The notes below the pieces were generated by a model that saw only the letters and a list, made by a program, of their open reading frames with translations, was not told where the DNA came from and did no database searches. A program made the translations under genes and the position numbers. Positions 59,907 to 64,000 of a stretch of DNA of 64,000 nt are shown in pieces. Within the stretch, counting starts at the first letter, position 1. The number at the start of each line of letters is the position of its first letter. The stretch is from Coleofasciculus chthonoplastes F2-STO-03 (GTDB taxonomy: Bacteria; Cyanobacteriota; Cyanobacteriia; Cyanobacteriales; Coleofasciculaceae): NCBI GenBank assembly GCA_040222015.1, contig JAVJWO010000195.1:64001-128000 (forward strand). The letters run 5' to 3'.

Positions 59907-62900
59907 ATGGTGGAACTTTGGACAGCGCTGGGCGTTTCTATCCTAAAGGATTTACTCTTAAAGGACATCCTCCTGAAACTGGGGAATGAAGCGTTAGAAG
60001 ACTATGTAAAAGATTTTTTCAAAGACTGCATTAATACTGGGGTGCAATCTGCCCAAACCGATGTCCTGAAAAAAGCGCTGGGTGAAGCTTTACAGCAATT
60101 CCTGAAACTCATCGAAGATGAATTACTCTTATATTTAACCGAAGCCCAAGTTCGAGACACCTATCAAGTTGCTATTGGGCGGTTTATCCAAGAAGATGAC
60201 GTTAAACCCCTGTTAGGAAAAGCCTTTGAAAAAGATTGCCGAGTCATCGACGCTAATCAATTAAGAATAATTTGGGTACATCGCTATTCTCCCGATATGC
60301 CAACTGGGTTTAACTGGGAGGAGATTACCAAACCATATCTCAAAGAAGTGAAACGCATTGTCCGGAATTCGCCAGAGTTAAAGGCGATTTTAGAATTAGA
60401 GATTCAGGAATCCATAGAACAACAGGTTCGAGACAATGCCAAAATTAATCCTGATTTTAATATAACTAAATATCAAGAAGGATTACGGGAACGCTACAGT
60501 CATTTAAACCTATCCAGTTTAGATACCACAGGCTGCGCTTATAACCAACTGAAACTCTGGCAACTCTTCATCCCGCAAAATGTGCGACAAGTTCATCAAG
60601 TATTACCCCAAGTTTATGAACTGCCCAAAGAACATCAACGGCGACTGCGAGAGAGTAATCTACTTGATACAGATATATCCATCGAAGAGTTAACCGACTA
60701 TAAACAGGTTTATTCTCAACAGCCAATCCGCCCCATCAATGAAATTATTAACGATAAAGATAACTATCGCTATCTGATTATTCTCGGTGATCCGGGTTCG
60801 GGTAAGTCTACCTTAGTGCAATATTTAGCATTAGATTGGGCAAATTCTACACCCAATGATGCCAGTTTTAAGCCAATTCCCCTGCTGATTGAATTACGCA
60901 CCTATATGCGGAATCGCGATGTGGGACAATGTAAGAATTTCCTGGAATTCTTCCATGATAGTAGTGGGATTGTCTGTCATCTGAATCAGCATCAACTGGT
61001 GGAACAGTTAAAAGCCGGAAATGCTTTAGTCATGTTTGATGGCTTGGATGAGGTATTTGATCCGGGAAAACGGGAGGATGTAATTACCGATATTCATCGC
61101 TTCACTAATGATTATCCTGATGTGCGGGTAATTGTTACCTCTCGCGTGATTGGCTATAAACCGCAGCGGTTACGAGATGCCCAATTTTATCATTTTATGC
61201 TGCAAGATTTAGAGGTAAATCAGGTTAAGGAGTTTATTACCCGTTGGCATGATTTAACCTTTACCAATCAAGCAGACAAACAGAGGAAGCGGGAACGACT
61301 CCAACGGGCAATTGATACCTCAAAAGCGATTCGCGAACTCGCCGGGAATCCCTTATTGCTGACAATGATGGCAATTTTAAATCGCAATCAGGAATTGCCC
61401 AGAGATAGACCCGAATTATATAACCAAGCGTCGCGGGTATTGCTGCATCAATGGGATGTGGAACGTCATTTGGAGAAACATCAGCAGTTAGAGATTCAAA
61501 CGATTGATTATAAAGATAAGCAGGCGATGTTGCGTCAGGTGGCTTATCAGATGCAAGGGGCAGAGAAAGGGTTGGCGGGTAATCTGATTGCGGCGGATGA
61601 GTTAGAAGGAATTTTGACCAAGTATCTGCAAACTCTCGATATCAATAATTCCAGGGCGGTGGCTAGGGTGATGATTAAGCAACTGCGGGAACGGAATTTT
61701 ATCTTATGTTTCATGGGGGCAGATTATTATGCCTTTGTGCATCGGACGTTTTTGGAATATTTCTGCGCCTGGGAATATGTTTGGCGGTTTGAGAAGGAAC
61801 GAACAATTTCTCTAGATGAGTTGAAAACCGAGGTTTTTGGCAAGCATTGGCAGGATGAGTCTTGGCATGAAGTGTTACGGCTGATTGTGGGGATGATTGA
61901 ACCAAAGTTGGCTGGTGAGATTCTGGATTATTTGAGGAATCAGCAGGGAGAAGCGGAAAAGTTTATTAATGTGTTTCTAGCGGCGGATTGCCTTTTTGAG
62001 CTGAGGAATCGTTCGGTTATCGTATCAACGGAGACTCAATTACTGAATCAGATTAAGGCGTTAACACAGTACGACTTACATTACTGTTACGAACCCGATG
62101 AAAATGAGTACTTTATAGTTAATAAAATTCGGACTGAAGCGGTTTTAATAATTGCTAAAACGTGGCAATATGACCCAGACACTTTACCTTGGCTCAAAGA
62201 AAAAGCCCAAGATAATGAGGATGAGATTGTACAACGTGCAGCGATGCAAGAATTAGCTAAAGGTTGGAAAAATGACCCTGACACATTAAACATTCTTAAA
62301 GATAAAGCCCGAAATGAGGAAAATATTGATGTGCGATATACAGCGGTGAAAGAATTAGCCAAAGGCTGGAAAAATGACTCTGATATTTTAAACATTCTTA
62401 AAGATAAAGCCCAATCTGATTGCTACTATAATGTACGATGTACAGCGGTTGAAGGATTAGCCCAAAACTGGTCAGATGCCCCAGACATATTGAATATTCT
62501 CAAAGTTAAAGTCCAAGATGGTTACCATTTGCTTGTGCAACTGACAGCGGCAGAAGAATTATCCAAAGCGTGTAATAATAATTCAAACAGTTTAATTTGG
62601 CTCCAAGAAAAAGCTAAACATGATGACAATTGGACTGTGCGATACGCAGCAGTGAAGGGATTAGCCAAAGGCTGGAATGATGACGCAAATACCTTAGCTA
62701 TTATCAAGCAAAAAGCTCAAGATGATGAACATCCGGATGTGCGACGTGCCGCCGTGCAAGCTTTAGCTAAAGGCTGGAAAAACGACCCAGACACATTGCT
62801 TATTATTCAACACAAAGCCCAATCTGATAAAGATTGGAATGTGCGGCAAGAAGCAGTGCAAGCATTAGCCAGAGATTGGAAAGAGGAGCCAGATACCTTG

Positions 62901-63524
62901 CCTCTGCTAAAACAAAAGGCTCAAGATGATGACCATGAATATGTGCGAATCGCAGCAGTACAAGAATTAGCCCAAGGCTGGCAAGATGCTCCAGATACCT
63001 TACTTTGGCTCAAGCAAAAAGCACAATCTGGTAATTATCCAGATGTGCGATATACAGCAGTGGAAGAATTAGCCCAAGGCTGGAAAGATGACCCGGATAC
63101 TTTACATATTCTCAAAGAAAAAGTTCAGGATGATGATGCAGATGTGCGATATACAGCGATGAAAGAATTAGTTAAGGGTTGGAAAAATGAGCCGACTACC
63201 CTAACTATTCTCAAACAAAAAGCCCAATCTGATGACGATGAGGATGTGCGACGTGCAGCGGTGCAAGAATTAGCCAAAGGCTGGAAAGATGAGCCATGGC
63301 TATTTGAATTATTACGCGATCGCGCTCTCAATGATCCCTTTGTGCGAGAGAAAAAAAGGCAAGACAATCCTCGGCAATTAGCTATTGAAATCATTATCAA
63401 ACAATATCCTAACCATCCCCAGACTCTACCCTTGCTGCGCGACAGAGCTAAAAATGACCCGGATGAGAAAGTTAGGGAGTTTGCCCAGAATAAATTGGCA
63501 CAATTAGAGAATCAAAGGAGCTAA
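59907..63524 (+). CDS. NACHT NTPase with C-terminal HEAT-like 34-aa repeats
   Basis: Walker A GDPGSGKST, Walker B VMFDGLDE, IVTSR, NPLLL, FVHRTFLEYF; about 11 DPDTLxxLKxKAQxDxxxxVRxxAVxELAKGWK units. Confidence 0.92.
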   Translation: MVELWTALGVSILKDLLLKDILLKLGNEALEDYVKDFFKDCINTGVQSAQTDVLKKALGEALQQFLKLIEDELLLYLTEAQVRDTYQVAIGRFIQEDDVKPLLGKAFEKDCRVIDANQLRIIWVHRYSPDMPTGFNWEEITKPYLKEVKRIVRNSPELKAILELEIQESIEQQVRDNAKINPDFNITKYQEGLRERYSHLNLSSLDTTGCAYNQLKLWQLFIPQNVRQVHQVLPQVYELPKEHQRRLRESNLLDTDISIEELTDYKQVYSQQPIRPINEIINDKDNYRYLIILGDPGSGKSTLVQYLALDWANSTPNDASFKPIPLLIELRTYMRNRDVGQCKNFLEFFHDSSGIVCHLNQHQLVEQLKAGNALVMFDGLDEVFDPGKREDVITDIHRFTNDYPDVRVIVTSRVIGYKPQRLRDAQFYHFMLQDLEVNQVKEFITRWHDLTFTNQADKQRKRERLQRAIDTSKAIRELAGNPLLLTMMAILNRNQELPRDRPELYNQASRVLLHQWDVERHLEKHQQLEIQTIDYKDKQAMLRQVAYQMQGAEKGLAGNLIAADELEGILTKYLQTLDINNSRAVARVMIKQLRERNFILCFMGADYYAFVHRTFLEYFCAWEYVWRFEKERTISLDELKTEVFGKHWQDESWHEVLRLIVGMIEPKLAGEILDYLRNQQGEAEKFINVFLAADCLFELRNRSVIVSTETQLLNQIKALTQYDLHYCYEPDENEYFIVNKIRTEAVLIIAKTWQYDPDTLPWLKEKAQDNEDEIVQRAAMQELAKGWKNDPDTLNILKDKARNEENIDVRYTAVKELAKGWKNDSDILNILKDKAQSDCYYNVRCTAVEGLAQNWSDAPDILNILKVKVQDGYHLLVQLTAAEELSKACNNNSNSLIWLQEKAKHDDNWTVRYAAVKGLAKGWNDDANTLAIIKQKAQDDEHPDVRRAAVQALAKGWKNDPDTLLIIQHKAQSDKDWNVRQEAVQALARDWKEEPDTLPLLKQKAQDDDHEYVRIAAVQELAQGWQDAPDTLLWLKQKAQSGNYPDVRYTAVEELAQGWKDDPDTLHILKEKVQDDDADVRYTAMKELVKGWKNEPTTLTILKQKAQSDDDEDVRRAAVQELAKGWKDEPWLFELLRDRALNDPFVREKKRQDNPRQLAIEIIIKQYPNHPQTLPLLRDRAKNDPDEKVREFAQNKLAQLENQRS

Positions 63525-63649
63525 ATATGATTTAAGATTAGCGGTAAAATCAATTTACAAAATTTAATCGTCAATCTGTTAAAATTCAGATATTGCACCA
63601 TTTTCTGTCAGCCCCAGCATCCGCCAAGAATTCAAATTCTTGGCTCATA

Positions 63650-63855
63650 GCTCAAGTCTATTAAAATGGACTAAAAGTTGTATCCTCCTCCAGTAGGTTG
63701 GGTTGAGCGACAGCGTTACCCAACAGAATAAAACCCTGTAGAGACGTTGCATGCAACGTCTCTACAGGGTGGGACGCCCCCTACATTGAGTAAAGGGCGA
63801 CCCGAGTCGATTGAGTGGACAAAATTGTCGATTTGTGCAAGCGGGTCGCCCCTAC
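63650..63855. repeat. Cluster of REP-like palindromes
   Basis: GTAGGTTGGGT..ACCCAAC; CCCTGTAGAGACGTTGCATGCAACGTCTCTACAGGG perfect palindrome; GGGCGACCCG..CGGGTCGCCC. Confidence 0.85.
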
Positions 63856-63899
63856 AGGAGAACTACAAACGGGTTAATGCGATTAGGAGAAAAACACTC

Positions 63900-64000
63900 A
63901 TGACGACATCTGTACAAACCAGCAAAGTTTACGACGAAATTATTGATTTTATCGCCGCTGGAACCACACCCAAACGTGTTATTGATTTTCAACTGTCAGA
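63900..64000 (+). CDS. 5' fragment of a hypothetical protein (runs off window end)
   Basis: AGGAG RBS, ATG 63900, MTTSVQTSKVYDEIIDFIAAGTTPKRVIDFQLS. Confidence 0.7.
   Translation, partial: MTTSVQTSKVYDEIIDFIAAGTTPKRVIDFQLS

Larger units (their letters stand above)
1..64000. repeat. HIP1 octamer GCGATCGC dispersed throughout host genes
   Basis: Many copies, e.g. near 2494, 5537, 8057, 12097, 22427, 35897, 57093; not counted exactly. Confidence 0.9.

Overview
Chromosomal window from a filamentous cyanobacterium (dense HIP1 GCGATCGC octamers, STRR heptamer arrays, CP12, gifB, narM; Oscillatoriales/Coleofasciculus-like by inference). Most genes are ordinary metabolic or regulatory ones (glgA, gor, queA, nfi, ribE, fbaA, cysteine desulfurase, comA-like, smpB, BlaI/M56 petR-petP-like pair), plus tRNA-Lys(UUU), tRNA-Thr(UGU) and a glutamine riboswitch with an NtcA box ahead of gifB. 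There are four TnpB-bearing elements: one decayed IS607, two tnpB-only IS200/IS605 elements and one complete tnpA+tnpB element. The three IS200/IS605 ends can be placed from the guide/cleavage pairing rule, and there are also solo right-end remnants, MITEs and REP-like palindromes. The most unusual observations are an apparently circularly permuted RsbW-type anti-sigma ATPase (36909-37457), a tandem-domain RNase III lacking most catalytic acids, a phage-like HTH module with a structured leader or antisense RNA (5515-7158), two NACHT proteins with repeat tails, an orphan Zn-knuckle/ParE-like protein, and IS ends that supply the stop codons of host genes. No CRISPR array or cas genes were seen. 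All assignments come from reading motifs by eye; no database searches were run.
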